A DNA stretch of 64,000 nt. Origin: a virus (Duplodnaviria; Caudoviricetes). Position 1 is the first letter of the stretch. Each line of letters begins with the position of its first letter. The stretch covers positions 15,880 to 79,879 of IMG/VR virus record IMGVR_UViG_3300021400_000949; one strand, given 5' to 3'. A program made the translations under genes and the position numbers. The notes beneath the pieces are model-generated. The model had not been told where the DNA came from. It worked only from the letters and a program-made list of their open reading frames with translations, and ran no database searches. Below are positions 20,884 through 31,090 of this stretch, one piece after another.

Positions 20884-21995
20884 GTATTGGCTTATTTGAT
20901 ATGGACTTCGCTACCTACATGCCTCTCATGTTTAATCTTGAAATAATGAAACTTTCTACTTATTTTAAAAGACAAAGAGAAGTGGTTTTGTTAATGCCAG
21001 AGTTGGATACGGACCGCTTCTCCAAGGTCTTTATTAGGAAGGATTATGATGATGGAAACTTTGATAATAGGTTTTTTCTTCCACACGTAACATACGGCGG
21101 CCGCGCCTTTAATAAACTAAAATATATACCATTGCCACAAGAACAAGAGGTATGCCGCCCCGATGAGAGTATATATAGTAGATTTGCTACTAAATATAGT
21201 TATCAATAGAATAATGACATTCTATTTAAAATGATGAGTCGCGCCGAACACGTGCGACTTACACAAGACGGCATAAATATATGGGAACCGGGTTTTAAAT
21301 ACTTTGGATATAATACTGGAAAAGTACTAATAGTGCATGATTATGATTTAGGCTCTGTTAAAGATGGTGATTTGGTTGTAAAGGATTTAATGGCGGTTTT
21401 ACGAAAACGCAATCCGATAATGACAGATTCTTATCTAGGATTAAAATTTCCAATTAATGTTTATAATGATAAGGATTTTAAAAAATGGGAAGAAATAAAG
21501 GGCGCTCGTAGTTTTTATACAATTTAGTATAATGGAGATTTTAATACAGACCAAATACTTGAATATGCTTACGGCGTGGCTCGGCAAAATATCAGTTATA
21601 ATCTAAACTATAACGTAACCTATGGATCATCCGATGAGAATGATTTTATAGAAAACCATCTATTAAAAATTTTTAGGCAAGTTTTATTTTTATAGAGCAT
21701 ACATCAAAAAATTACACTTATATATGATGATGATTTTTTCATAGATAAGCGATGGGAAGAAATTATAAAGTTATTTAATCTTTATCTTAACTTTTCTAGC
21801 AACACAAAAAATAAATCTTTATGTACTTTATTTAGTTATTTAACTTTTCCTTTTTGGCAGAAGTTATATGACTATGATGTGGAAAGAATTAAAGAATTAT
21901 TTTAGTTAGTTAGAGTAAAAAATTATGAAACCTTTAAGTTATTTTATAAGTTCCCTAATGATTTTATATAGGAGATGAAATTAGATGACAGGTAA
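20880..21995 (+). CDS. Radical-SAM-like phage protein lacking the CxxxCxxC motif (5 TAG read as Gln)
   Basis: One frame joins track ORFs 20880..21209 and 21231..21527 and runs to TAA 21993; N-terminus IGLFDMD..FNLEIMKLSTY resembles phage radical SAM B12-binding-like N-termini. Confidence 0.5.
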
Positions 21996-22179
21996 TGAAA
22001 TAAAAGAAAAAATTGAAACAAATAATAAAATAATAGAGGGACTTCTATCTCCAAACCAGTTTACATTGAATAACACAATAAGAGAACTTTTAGAAGAAAA
22101 TAAAAAGCTTCAGGATCAATGCAAACACGTATTTGAAGGTGGATATTGTATCTATTGTTATAAAGGAGAAGAAAAGTAA
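21985..22179 (+). CDS. Small hypothetical protein with C-terminal Zn knuckle
   Basis: Coiled coil then CKH..CIYC. Confidence 0.6.
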   Translation: MTGNEIKEKIETNNKIIEGLLSPNQFTLNNTIRELLEENKKLQDQCKHVFEGGYCIYCYKGEEK

Positions 22180-22392
22180 ATGGAAGTAGTATTATATTCA
22201 ACACATTGCCCAAAATGTGCGGTTCTCGAACAAAAACTTGATGCAAAAAAAGTTGATTATGAATTAATAACAGATGTAGCTACAATGCTTTCTTTAGGAT
22301 TCCGCCAGGCTCCAATTTTAAAGGTAGACCATAAATATATGAATTTTATTGAAGCTAATCAATGGATTAATAATTTGGAGGTAGAAAAATGA
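22180..22392 (+). CDS. Glutaredoxin-like protein (NrdH-type)
   Basis: YSTHCPKC, QAPILKVD; upstream of nrdD. Confidence 0.85.
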   Translation: MEVVLYSTHCPKCAVLEQKLDAKKVDYELITDVATMLSLGFRQAPILKVDHKYMNFIEANQWINNLEVEK

Positions 22393-24308
22393 ATATTAAT
22401 GTTAAGTTAAATAAGAATTTTACTACCCAATTTAATAAAATGCTTGAGACCTACGGAGAAGAGTTCGCGCGCCTTAACGGTTTTGCAGATGAGCAATTAA
22501 GTTATACGGATTTTATCCAAAACTTTATTGATAGTGAAACAGTGGCCGATGTTTCTGTAGATGGTAACGCAAATGTTGGAAGTAAGGACATGCGTACTCT
22601 CATGAACGAAATGCCGAAGTCACATAGAAAGCTTTTAGCATATAATAAGATTTATTATGAGTTAAATAAGAAATATGGCTTTAAAACGGCTAATGATTGG
22701 CTTAATAAGGAATGGAACAAAGCGCTTTATCTACATGATGCAGATACTTCAACATTTGTTCATTATTGCTTTGCTTATGATTTAAAAGATTTAGCTGAAA
22801 AAGGGTTATTCTTTTTAAACAATTTTAACGCAGAGCCGCCAAAGCATTTAAGCACTTTTGTTGATTTTGTTAAAGAATTTATTAGTTTTACATCTAATAG
22901 GTCATCCGGTGCGGTGGGACTTCCAAATATAATACCTTATATGTATTATTTCTGGAAGAAAGATTGCAAAGATGGTTATGCAACAAAATCACCTGAATAT
23001 TATGCTAAACAGCAAATTCAGCGCTTTGTATATGCTATAAACCAGCCATATGTGCGCGATGGTATGCAAAGTGCCTTTACAAACGTATCTGTATTTGATC
23101 ATCCATACCTTGAAGCATTGTTTGGTGGAGCTACCTTCCCAGATGGCTCTTTCATGATTGACTCTCTTGATGAAATTTGCGAATTTCAAAAGATGTTTAT
23201 GGAAGAAGTGGCAGAAATACGTAGTCATAATATGATGACTTTCCCAGTATTAACAATTTCCCTTCTTCGCGAAAATGGAAAATTTACTGATGAAGAATTT
23301 GCCCGTTGGGGAATCGCGCATAATATGAAGTGGAATGATTCCAACCTCTTTATTGATGATTCAGTTACAAGTCTTTCTAACTGCTGCCGCCTTAAGAGTA
23401 ATATTGAAGATTTAGGCTACTTTAATTCAATTGGTGGAACCGCCCTCAAAGTAGGTTCTGTAAAAGTTTCAACGGTTAACCTGGCGCGGCTCGCTCTTGA
23501 ACATCCAAACAATGAAAAAGATTATCTCGTAGCTCTTAGAGATTTGGTCGAGCTTGATTGTAAAGTATTAGATGCGGTTAGACATATAATTCAGAGAAAC
23601 GTAGAAAAAGGATTACTTCCTAATTTCTCAAAAGGATTAGTTGACTTTGAACATCTTTATAATACAGTTGGTATAATTGGTATTTATGAAACGATGAAAA
23701 CTTTTGGATATACAAAAGAAGATGAATTTGGAAATGTATTTTATACAGAAGAAGCTGATAAATTTGGTAAAAAAATCTTTGAAGTAATTCATCGTACAAA
23801 AGACCAGTTCGCGCTTGATAAGGACTATAAAATAAATCTTGAGCAAATCCCAGGAGAGACTTGCGCGGACAAATTCCAAAGAGCGGACGAACTTTTATAT
23901 CCAGAAACTGTTGTAAAAGACCTTCCACTTTATGGTAATCAATTTATACCACTTGGAATTAAAACAACTATTCAAGAAAGGGTAAGAATAGCAAGCCTTT
24001 TTGATAGTTATTGTAATGGTGGTTCGATCGCGCACATCAACATAGAAGCACCATTTGACTCATTTGAAAAAGCTTGGGAAATGACTAATTATATTGCAGA
24101 TCAAGGTCTTACTTATTTTGCTTTTAATGTTAAAATTCAAGCTTGTAAACATAATCATGCTTTCTTTGGAAAGGTTTGTCCAATTTGTGGCGAACCAGTA
24201 GCTACTGAATATACAAGAATTGTAGGTTTTTATACTCCAATTAAAACTTGGTCAAGCGCACGAAAAGCAGAATATAAAATGAGAGAATGGGAGAGAATAA
24301 ATGGCTGA
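22389..24308 (+). CDS. nrdD: Anaerobic (class III) ribonucleotide reductase, no ATP cone
   Basis: LYLHD, HYCFAY, QSAFTN, TFPV, SNCCRL, EQIPGE, GGSIAH, Zn site C..H..CP.C, glycyl motif TRIVGF. Confidence 0.93.
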   Translation: MNINVKLNKNFTTQFNKMLETYGEEFARLNGFADEQLSYTDFIQNFIDSETVADVSVDGNANVGSKDMRTLMNEMPKSHRKLLAYNKIYYELNKKYGFKTANDWLNKEWNKALYLHDADTSTFVHYCFAYDLKDLAEKGLFFLNNFNAEPPKHLSTFVDFVKEFISFTSNRSSGAVGLPNIIPYMYYFWKKDCKDGYATKSPEYYAKQQIQRFVYAINQPYVRDGMQSAFTNVSVFDHPYLEALFGGATFPDGSFMIDSLDEICEFQKMFMEEVAEIRSHNMMTFPVLTISLLRENGKFTDEEFARWGIAHNMKWNDSNLFIDDSVTSLSNCCRLKSNIEDLGYFNSIGGTALKVGSVKVSTVNLARLALEHPNNEKDYLVALRDLVELDCKVLDAVRHIIQRNVEKGLLPNFSKGLVDFEHLYNTVGIIGIYETMKTFGYTKEDEFGNVFYTEEADKFGKKIFEVIHRTKDQFALDKDYKINLEQIPGETCADKFQRADELLYPETVVKDLPLYGNQFIPLGIKTTIQERVRIASLFDSYCNGGSIAHINIEAPFDSFEKAWEMTNYIADQGLTYFAFNVKIQACKHNHAFFGKVCPICGEPVATEYTRIVGFYTPIKTWSSARKAEYKMREWERING

Positions 24309-24510
24309 AAAACCGATAGAAACAGTAAAAGTTCCTAGAAAACAAATAACAAAATTAGCAAAATCAGTAGAACGTTATGAAGCTAATATGCCAATATCTT
24401 TGGAATATGTTTTAACTTTTTTATTCCCTTCTGTTTGGAATAATATGCAACGTTCATTACAAGATCAATATACAAAGGGATATTTAGATGGAAAAAACGA
24501 TAGAGATTAA
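24301..24510 (+). CDS. Hypothetical protein
   Basis: 69 aa, overlaps flanking genes in operon fashion. Confidence 0.55.
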   Translation: MAEKPIETVKVPRKQITKLAKSVERYEANMPISLEYVLTFLFPSVWNNMQRSLQDQYTKGYLDGKNDRD

Positions 24511-24973
24511 AGGTGTAATATTTGAAGATTTTGTAAATTACAAAAAAACTTCTATGTATATTGCTTTTCCTAAATGTGATTTTAAATGTGATAGAGAGTA
24601 TGGCTGTTCTATTTGCCAGAACAGCTCTCTCGCTCATTATCCAGCGCAAACCGTTAGCATTGATAGACTACTTGAAAATTATAAGTTTAATCCAATTACT
24701 CACGCTTTTGTGCTAGCGGGACTTGAACCATTTGACACATTTGACAAATTATTAGAATTCGTTGATGCGGCGCGCCGTATAACGGAAGACGATATTGTAA
24801 TTTACACAGGTTTTAACAAAGAAGAGATTTTAGATAAAATAAAAAAATTAGCAAAATATCCAAATATTATAATAAAGTTTGGACGCTTTATTCCTAATCA
24901 AGAGCCACATTATGACGAAGTGCTAGGAGTAAAATTAGCTAGTGATAATCAATATGCAGAGAAAATCTCTTAA
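24488..24973 (+). CDS. nrdG: RNR-activating radical SAM protein
   Basis: CDFKC......C motif, LAGLEP, IYTG, KFGRF, ASDNQ. Confidence 0.85.
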   Translation: MEKTIEIKGVIFEDFVNYKKTSMYIAFPKCDFKCDREYGCSICQNSSLAHYPAQTVSIDRLLENYKFNPITHAFVLAGLEPFDTFDKLLEFVDAARRITEDDIVIYTGFNKEEILDKIKKLAKYPNIIIKFGRFIPNQEPHYDEVLGVKLASDNQYAEKIS

Positions 24974-24976
24974 AAT

Positions 24977-25005
24977 TTGTTTTTTAAAAAGATTTTTGTT
25001 ATAAT
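24977..25005 (+). promoter_or_regulatory. Sigma70/A-type promoter upstream of thyX-tRNA-dut
   Basis: TTGTTT-17nt-TATAAT, extended TGn. Confidence 0.65.
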
Positions 25006-25028
25006 AAATATAGAAAAAAGGGTGGAAT

Positions 25029-25679
25029 ATGATAGATATAAGTAATGTTAAGGTATACAACCTTGAAGGAGCTTTTAGGGGATTAAGAAACCCCTTAAAT
25101 AGTTGGGATAAGTCTGATAGTTATTATGATGAATACCATATTTATCAGTTAGGGGAAAAAGATATGGACCTCGCACAGAGAATGATAAGTGGAGGCGCTG
25201 ACGAATCAAAATTTATGAGACAAATTATGGTGTGCTTTGATATAGAAGCCCCGCTTTATTGGTGGAAGGAATTTGATACTTATAAAGTCGGTACCGTAGC
25301 TAACTCATGTAGTACAATGCACAAACTTGCTAGTGTTCCAATAACAGAAAAAAGTTTTTCTACAAATGATATTGACCTAAACCTCCCAATTATTGATGAC
25401 GATGCAACTGATATAGGTTGGCTTTGGAAAGATATAGTGTTCTATTGTGAACAGTTAAGAAAAAAATATCTTGAAACAAAGAATAAAGATTATTGGCGCG
25501 CACTTGTGCAGATTCTACCAAATGGATGGATGCAGAAACGCACTATCACACTTAATTATCAGGTATTACGCGCACAATACTTCGCGCGCCGTAATCATAA
25601 ATTAACCGAATGGCATGAGTATTGTCATTTTATTGAAGGTCTACCTTATGCTAAAGAATTAATTTGTTATAAAAAATAA
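25029..25679 (+). CDS. thyX: FAD-dependent thymidylate synthase (phage ThyX-like)
   Basis: KFMRQI, PLYWWKEFDTYKVG..NSCSTMH, LPNGW.Q.RT..LNY..LR..R.HKL.EW. Confidence 0.8.
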   Translation: MIDISNVKVYNLEGAFRGLRNPLNSWDKSDSYYDEYHIYQLGEKDMDLAQRMISGGADESKFMRQIMVCFDIEAPLYWWKEFDTYKVGTVANSCSTMHKLASVPITEKSFSTNDIDLNLPIIDDDATDIGWLWKDIVFYCEQLRKKYLETKNKDYWRALVQILPNGWMQKRTITLNYQVLRAQYFARRNHKLTEWHEYCHFIEGLPYAKELICYKK

Positions 25680-25756
25680 TGCTTGCCGAAGCAACTAAAT
25701 CGAGCGGGATCTGGTATATGTCCTTGAATTAGAATTAATCTAATATACCTTTTTAA

Positions 25757-25831
25757 CGGGGATTTGGGTAACAGCTAGCTCATCTGACTCTAAATCAGAA
25801 GGCCCCGGGGCGGCACCGGGATCCCCCGCCA
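25757..25831 (+). tRNA. Amber suppressor tRNA (anticodon CUA), Gln-type identity, encoded CCA
   Basis: Acceptor cGGGGAT/ATCCCCc, G73, CCA; D stem GGGT/GCTC; anticodon stem TCTGA/TCAGA with loop CT-CTA-AA; T stem CCCGG/CCGGG with atypical loop GGCGGCA. Confidence 0.9.
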
Positions 25832-25860
25832 TTTAAATTGAGTTAAAAGGAGAATTAAAA

Positions 25861-26076
25861 ATGTTAAAGTTAAAGACAACAGAAGAATATCGTACAGAGA
25901 GCGAAGGAGAAGCAAAAGAAGTTATGGAAAAGTTCCGTAATGAAGCTAACGAAAAGGGATATGGAATTGCTTCATGCGGCTATACGTATAAAACAAAAAA
26001 AGCAAAGGGTGAGATAATTGATTCGGCATATGTGGTTAAAGTTGTTAAAGTTTTTAATTCTGTATTTGATATATGA
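25861..26076 (+). CDS. Hypothetical protein
   Basis: SD AAAGGAG; 71 aa. Confidence 0.65.
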   Translation: MLKLKTTEEYRTESEGEAKEVMEKFRNEANEKGYGIASCGYTYKTKKAKGEIIDSAYVVKVVKVFNSVFDI

Positions 26077-26088
26077 GGTATGTAAGTT

Positions 26089-27021
26089 ATGGCAGATAAT
26101 ATAATACAGTTTCCAGAGCAGAATAAAGAAGACAATAACATCCTTACAAAATCTTTTGATACACTTTCTGAATTAATACCTGACTTTCAAGGAACAGAAG
26201 ATATTGCAGCAATTTTGGCCTTGCCGGATGACCAGTTTAAGGTGGTCGCGCCAATTGTTTTAAGTGAGTTAGAGCGCGCGATTAATAATACGAATGATAA
26301 GTTATTACTTGTTCAGGGATTAAATGTCGCTGGCGTTAAAGCAGAAGATTTAGTAGGCGCAGCAGATGAGATAAATGCAGCGATAGATAAAGAATTGACC
26401 TCAATCCCACAGATGAAGCGCGACTTCGTAAAACAAGTTATCGGAATGGTTTGTAATGCAGTTGCAGATACAGAAGGCATTTCAAAGAAAATTATTCAGA
26501 TACCTATTGAATATTGCCACCCTGATGCAAAAATGCCAGCTTATGCTCATGTAACAGATAGTGGACTTGATATTTATGCAGTAGAGGATATTACTATTCA
26601 TCCTGGTGAGACAGTATTGGTTAAAACAGGTATAAAAGTAGCCTTGCCACTGGGATATGAATTACAAGTACGCCCAAAGAGCGGCCGCTCGTTAAAAACA
26701 AAAATGCGTGTTGCTAATACTCCAGGGACAATTGATTCTGGATATAGGGATGAAATTGGAGTTATAATTGATAACATTGAAGCTCCAATTAAGGATATAA
26801 CAGTTGACGATGATGGAAAAGTAACTTCTATACTTTATGGAAGTGATATGCATATTACTAAAGGAGATAAATTCGCGCAGCTTGTGTTATGCGAAGTGCC
26901 AAAGGCTAGTTTTTACGAAGTTGAACATGTTAGTGAAATCGGTGAAGATAGAGGCGGCGGCTTTGGAAGTACTTCTATTTATGCTAAGGATGACCCAAGA
27001 TATGGTACCGATCTTACTTGA
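26089..27021 (+). CDS. dut: Trimeric dUTPase with long N-terminal extension
   Basis: SGLDIY, RPKSG, GTIDSGYRDEIGV, FAQLV, RGGGFGST. Confidence 0.9.
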   Translation: MADNIIQFPEQNKEDNNILTKSFDTLSELIPDFQGTEDIAAILALPDDQFKVVAPIVLSELERAINNTNDKLLLVQGLNVAGVKAEDLVGAADEINAAIDKELTSIPQMKRDFVKQVIGMVCNAVADTEGISKKIIQIPIEYCHPDAKMPAYAHVTDSGLDIYAVEDITIHPGETVLVKTGIKVALPLGYELQVRPKSGRSLKTKMRVANTPGTIDSGYRDEIGVIIDNIEAPIKDITVDDDGKVTSILYGSDMHITKGDKFAQLVLCEVPKASFYEVEHVSEIGEDRGGGFGSTSIYAKDDPRYGTDLT

Positions 27022-27580
27022 TGGCGTAAAATCAGGATTATATGAAATAGAAGAGGATGGTAGGATTTGGTCTAATTATAAGAAAGGATATTTAAACCCT
27101 TCTTAGGATAAAGACGGATATTTAAGAATATCTCTTTCTAGTGGTACTAGAAATAAAAAAAGATATTTCCGTATTGCTAATTTGGTTGCCATTTTCTTTA
27201 TTGGTCCACCCCCAGTAGATTTAAAAGATCCAACTGTTAATCATATCGATGGTAATATTACTAACAATCATTTTACAAATTTAGAATGGATGGAACGAGG
27301 GAAAAATTCATCCATTCGTTTAAACAAAGGATAGGGTTCTTTTAATCATGAAGCAAAATTAAATGAAGAATAGGTAAGAGAAATTTGTAATTTATTAGTA
27401 AATTCTAACCTTTCTTATGAAGAAATAATAAAAAAATACAATATTACTAAATCTACTCTTAGTAGTATTAAAAATAAAAAACATTGGAAAGAAATTACTT
27501 CAAAATATGACTTTTCTTGTAGGGTCGTTATTCGTGATGAAAAAGGCCATTTTAAAGGAATAAATACAAAATTTATTTAA
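27002..27580 (+). CDS. NUMOD4-type HNH homing endonuclease (2 TAG read as Gln)
   Basis: DGRIWS, DKDGYLRISL, VNHIDGN..NN..TNLEW, KLNEE-TAG-VREI plus C-terminal HTH. Confidence 0.85.
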
Positions 27581-27596
27581 AATTGGTGTAATAAAA

Positions 27597-28331
27597 ATGT
27601 CAAAAATTTCTATTGATTAGATAAGAGAAGAATTAGCAAAAGATAATTGGACTCTAGTTAGTGAAGAGTATAAAAACTTAGACACAGAAATGACCTTCGA
27701 ATGTCCTGAAGGTCACCGTGTTTATTCTACATGGAAGAAAATACGTAGTCGGCGCGACTGCCCTATTTGTAATGAAAATTAGGTTAAAAATGTTGCAAAA
27801 GTTATCACACCTAAAAAGAAAAATGTTGTAAGAACTTTTGCGCTTGATTAGTCAACTCGAATAACAGGATGGAGCATGTATGATGGAAAAGAACTAATTA
27901 ATTATGGTGTTTTTGAAACAAGTTTAGATAATGAATTTGAAAGGGTTAATGCTATAAAAAATTGGTTTGTATCAATGCTCGATAGTTGGAAACCTGATTA
28001 TGTAGGGATTGAAGGTATTTAGTTTTAGGAAAAGAGTGAAGGGCGCCGCATGGGCATTACAGTATTTGAAACATTAGCGCGACTTTAGGGTGTTTTAATT
28101 TAGACGTGTGTAGAGAGAAAAATTTTGTTTCGTCTCTGTCCGACCAATACCTGGCGCGCGCATTGTAAAGTTAAGGGTGTAAGTAGAACAGATAAAAAAA
28201 AGTCTATGCAGCTTTTGGTTAAACAATGGTACGATGTAAGGGTTTCAAATGATGAAGCCGATGCAATAGGTATTGGAAAATATGTTTCTGATGAGGTCGG
28301 CGCCGTATATATAATTGAAAATTGGGAATAA
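27597..28331 (+). CDS. ruvC: RuvC-like Holliday junction resolvase with N-terminal Zn ribbon (7 TAG read as Gln)
   Basis: FALD-TAG-STRITGW (LDQS), GIEGI, LARL-TAG-GV, DEADAIGIG. Confidence 0.85.
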
Positions 28332-28362
28332 AAAAAGAACCTATTAATTTAGGTTCTTTTTT
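28330..28362. terminator. Bidirectional terminator between convergent modules
   Basis: A7-GAACCTA-ttaatt-TAGGTTC-T6. Confidence 0.85.
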
Positions 28363-28365
28363 CTT

Positions 28366-28749
28366 TTATTCAGCAATAAAAGGTTTAATCTTTGTATAAG
28401 TCGCAAGATCAAGTTCAAGATTTTCTAACTCTTCAATCTTTAATGGGTCTGCTGTAATTTCTACTTCAATAGCCATTAAATCTTCGAGTTCTTTATTGCA
28501 CTCGTCGCGCTTATCATCTTGAATTATAATGCCGGTCTTATCTTCAGTAAGTTTAAAGCCACCGGATTCGTCTCTTTCGCCATATTTATCAAAGATTTTA
28601 TTAAGGTTTTCAACATAAAAATCTCTTTCCTTACTACAAGCATCAAAATATTTTGAAATCTTGTAAAGTGTTGAAAATTTAAGCTTCATGTCTTTTATTA
28701 TTGGGTAAATAGTTATGAAGTCAACTGCTTCAATTATTTTTACTTTCAT
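28366..28749 (-). CDS. Hypothetical acidic protein (tail chaperone-like)
   Basis: 127 aa, SD AAAGGAGAG, own promoter. Confidence 0.55.
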   Translation of the reverse strand: MKVKIIEAVDFITIYPIIKDMKLKFSTLYKISKYFDACSKERDFYVENLNKIFDKYGERDESGGFKLTEDKTGIIIQDDKRDECNKELEDLMAIEVEITADPLKIEELENLELDLATYTKIKPFIAE

Positions 28750-28781
28750 TTCGCCTTTTCTCTCCTTTATTTTATATAAAT

Positions 28782-28810
28782 ATTATAACATATTTTTATT
28801 AAAAAAACAA
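28782..28810 (-). promoter_or_regulatory. Sigma70/A-type promoter
   Basis: TTGTTT-17nt-TATAAT on minus strand. Confidence 0.6.
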
Positions 28811-28813
28811 ATT

Positions 28814-29368
28814 TTAAATACCTATTTTCCAACCGCCGCTTGTTTTTACATAAGGTATACCTTGTTTCCATCCATTGGTAGTTTTTATATAAACAATACC
28901 TGTTTTCCAAGTAGTGCCTATTTTAATTCTAACAACTCCTGCGGCTTTAGCACTTAACTTAAAAGTCTATCCTGCAGTGCCACCACTTGGAGTAGTACCA
29001 TCCCAAATACAAGAACCAGTAGAACCAGTGGTCTAAGTGATCCTTATATAAAAACCGGTTTTTTCCCAGTCAGTATATCCACCAGTATCATAGGTAAAAG
29101 AAAATTCTATAGGATAACTAGTAGAATGCACCCAAGATTCATTTGTATCTTTTATTAAAAGAGAATATATCTCTGTATTACTACTATCATATACCTTTAA
29201 GGTACGATTATTACTAGTACCCAAATTAGTACCTGAACCAAGAGTAATAGTTATTTTACAATTAGCAGTTACTATTTTTTGATTACGGGTTATAGAATTA
29301 AGCTCTAATTTATAATAAGTATTAACAGAAGTTTTTGCCGTTTCTTTTTCTATTAATGTTGTAGCCAT
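28814..29368 (-). CDS. Tail-fibre-associated protein with C-terminal WK repeats (2 TAG read as Gln)
   Basis: Read-through gives ...IGTTWKTGIVYIKTTNGWKQGIPYVKTSGGWKIGI*. Confidence 0.65.
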
Positions 29369-29379
29369 AACTTAACTCC

Positions 29380-31029
29380 TTAACTATATTTAATATAAAT
29401 ATCGCCAAGTGCGCCGCCGGATGGATCGCCCGTACCATAGCTTATATTTCTAGCATAAAAACCAGTATCTCCATTAGGAGTAAATTTTATTTGATAAGTT
29501 GGAGCATTCGTATCTGAACTATAGTTTGTATCTGTCATATATGATAAATAAACTATATTACTACTTGTATAAGTCCCCAATTCCCAAGAGCCACTATATG
29601 ATTTCATAGAAATGGCGGGGAAATATGCAGTAGTATCGCTAGCAAGTGTTAAAGTTCGAAGGGCAGCTTTGGTTCGCCCATCTCTCCAGCTAGAGGGCGC
29701 AACAGTATGTACAACCTAGTTAGGAGTTACTAAATTACCAGTACCTTTTTCTAATAATATTAATTTATGAGTAATTGCACTAGAAGTATTATAAGAAGCA
29801 ACCTACACTTGTTCTCCGGCTAAACCGTCATCACTAATTCCTAACTCTAATACGCTATCCGATTCACCAGTACCTGTCATGCGTAACCATCCCTAGTCAT
29901 TGGCGGTTGCTGGATTAGAAATTGCAATACCATTTGTAAAAAGTTTTGCTCTTCCTGTAGTTACATCCATTTTCCCGTTAGTCATGGGCATAGTATTACC
30001 ATATATTTCTCCCATATAATAAGTTATATTATTATTAGTATCTACAGAAATAATTGGTTTTGATGCTCCAGTTCCATGTGCAGATAGCCATATTCCTCTT
30101 CCTCCTGTGGCACTACTACCATTTGAATAAAGAAAGATATTACCAGCCTAACTTGTACAATATATATGTCTATCGATCGTTGTTGTAGAACTTCCACTAT
30201 AAAGTTCATTCCCCGCTATTGTTCCTGTAACTGATAAATTTCCAGTAAGAGCTGAATTACCTGTGACTGTTAAGCCTTCATTAGCATAAAGTTTTGAATT
30301 AAGAACCGCCTATCTATTTCCATTAGCATCAATTAATAAGTTTAAAGTAGAATAAATATTAGTATTATTAACCACCCTTTTTGCTTCTGTCTAAATTCCC
30401 TGCCATCCACTGGTTAAAGCCATTTCTCGCACATAAGCCCTTGTTGTACCATTACTATCATTCATATAAAAACCGGCTCCATATGTATCGTTTGAAGGAT
30501 TGGTAGAAGCATTATAACGATTATCTTGTACATACCACATAGAATTAGGCCCTAATATGGCGTTACCATTAACATAAAAACGCCAGTCAGTCTAGTGCGC
30601 GGCATTAATTGTTAAATAACTAATATTCCCTAAATAAGAACCATCACTTGTAATAGAGGTAGCAGCTAATTGCGTTGTAGATTTACTATATAAAAGGCGT
30701 GATGCAGTTATCGCAGTTTGCCCTGTACCTCCTTTACTAACAGGAAGCGTTCCATCAATATTATTCACTTTAACTCTTGCAAAAGGCACCTCAATCGTCC
30801 CATTATTATTTATATAAAGAGTACTAGCAGATGTATAAAACCCTAATTCAAACTTTTTTAAAACGTTTTCATAATAAGTGGTCCCCTAAGCAAATTCACT
30901 ACCTTCAAATAGAGTATAAGTATTACCATTTTTTGTATAATAGCTTTTACTACTATTTGGTGTTGTATCATCTGTCTCAATATAGGGCGGCTCTGTGCCG
31001 CCCCTTTTTATCTAAAATATATTTGACAT
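29380..31029 (-). CDS. Tail fibre / receptor-binding protein (TAG read as Gln)
   Basis: Track fragments share one frame; start MSNIF-TAG-IKRG; GTLPVSKGGTG fibre motif; C-terminal GDPSGGALGDIYIKY. Confidence 0.75.
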
Positions 31030-31057
31030 ATCTAAATCTCCTTTTAATCCTATTTAA

Positions 31058-31086
31058 AGTATAACATAAGTTTTAGCTTATGTCAA
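31058..31086 (-). promoter_or_regulatory. Near-consensus sigma70/A promoter for the tail fibre gene
   Basis: TTGACA-17nt-TATACT on minus strand. Confidence 0.75.
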
Positions 31087-31090
31087 ATTT

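Noticed and set aside
16927-24308. Inteins or group I introns in dnaE, dnaB and nrdD
   Set aside because: Motifs are colinear at normal spacing; no C/S...HN intein ends or frame breaks.
25681-25756. Second ncRNA upstream of the tRNA
   Set aside because: Only a 4-bp hairpin (TTGC-cgaa-GCAA); too little structure to call.
26837-27001. Upstream part of track ORF 26837..27106
   Set aside because: Overlaps dut in another frame; the HNH gene more plausibly starts at 27002.
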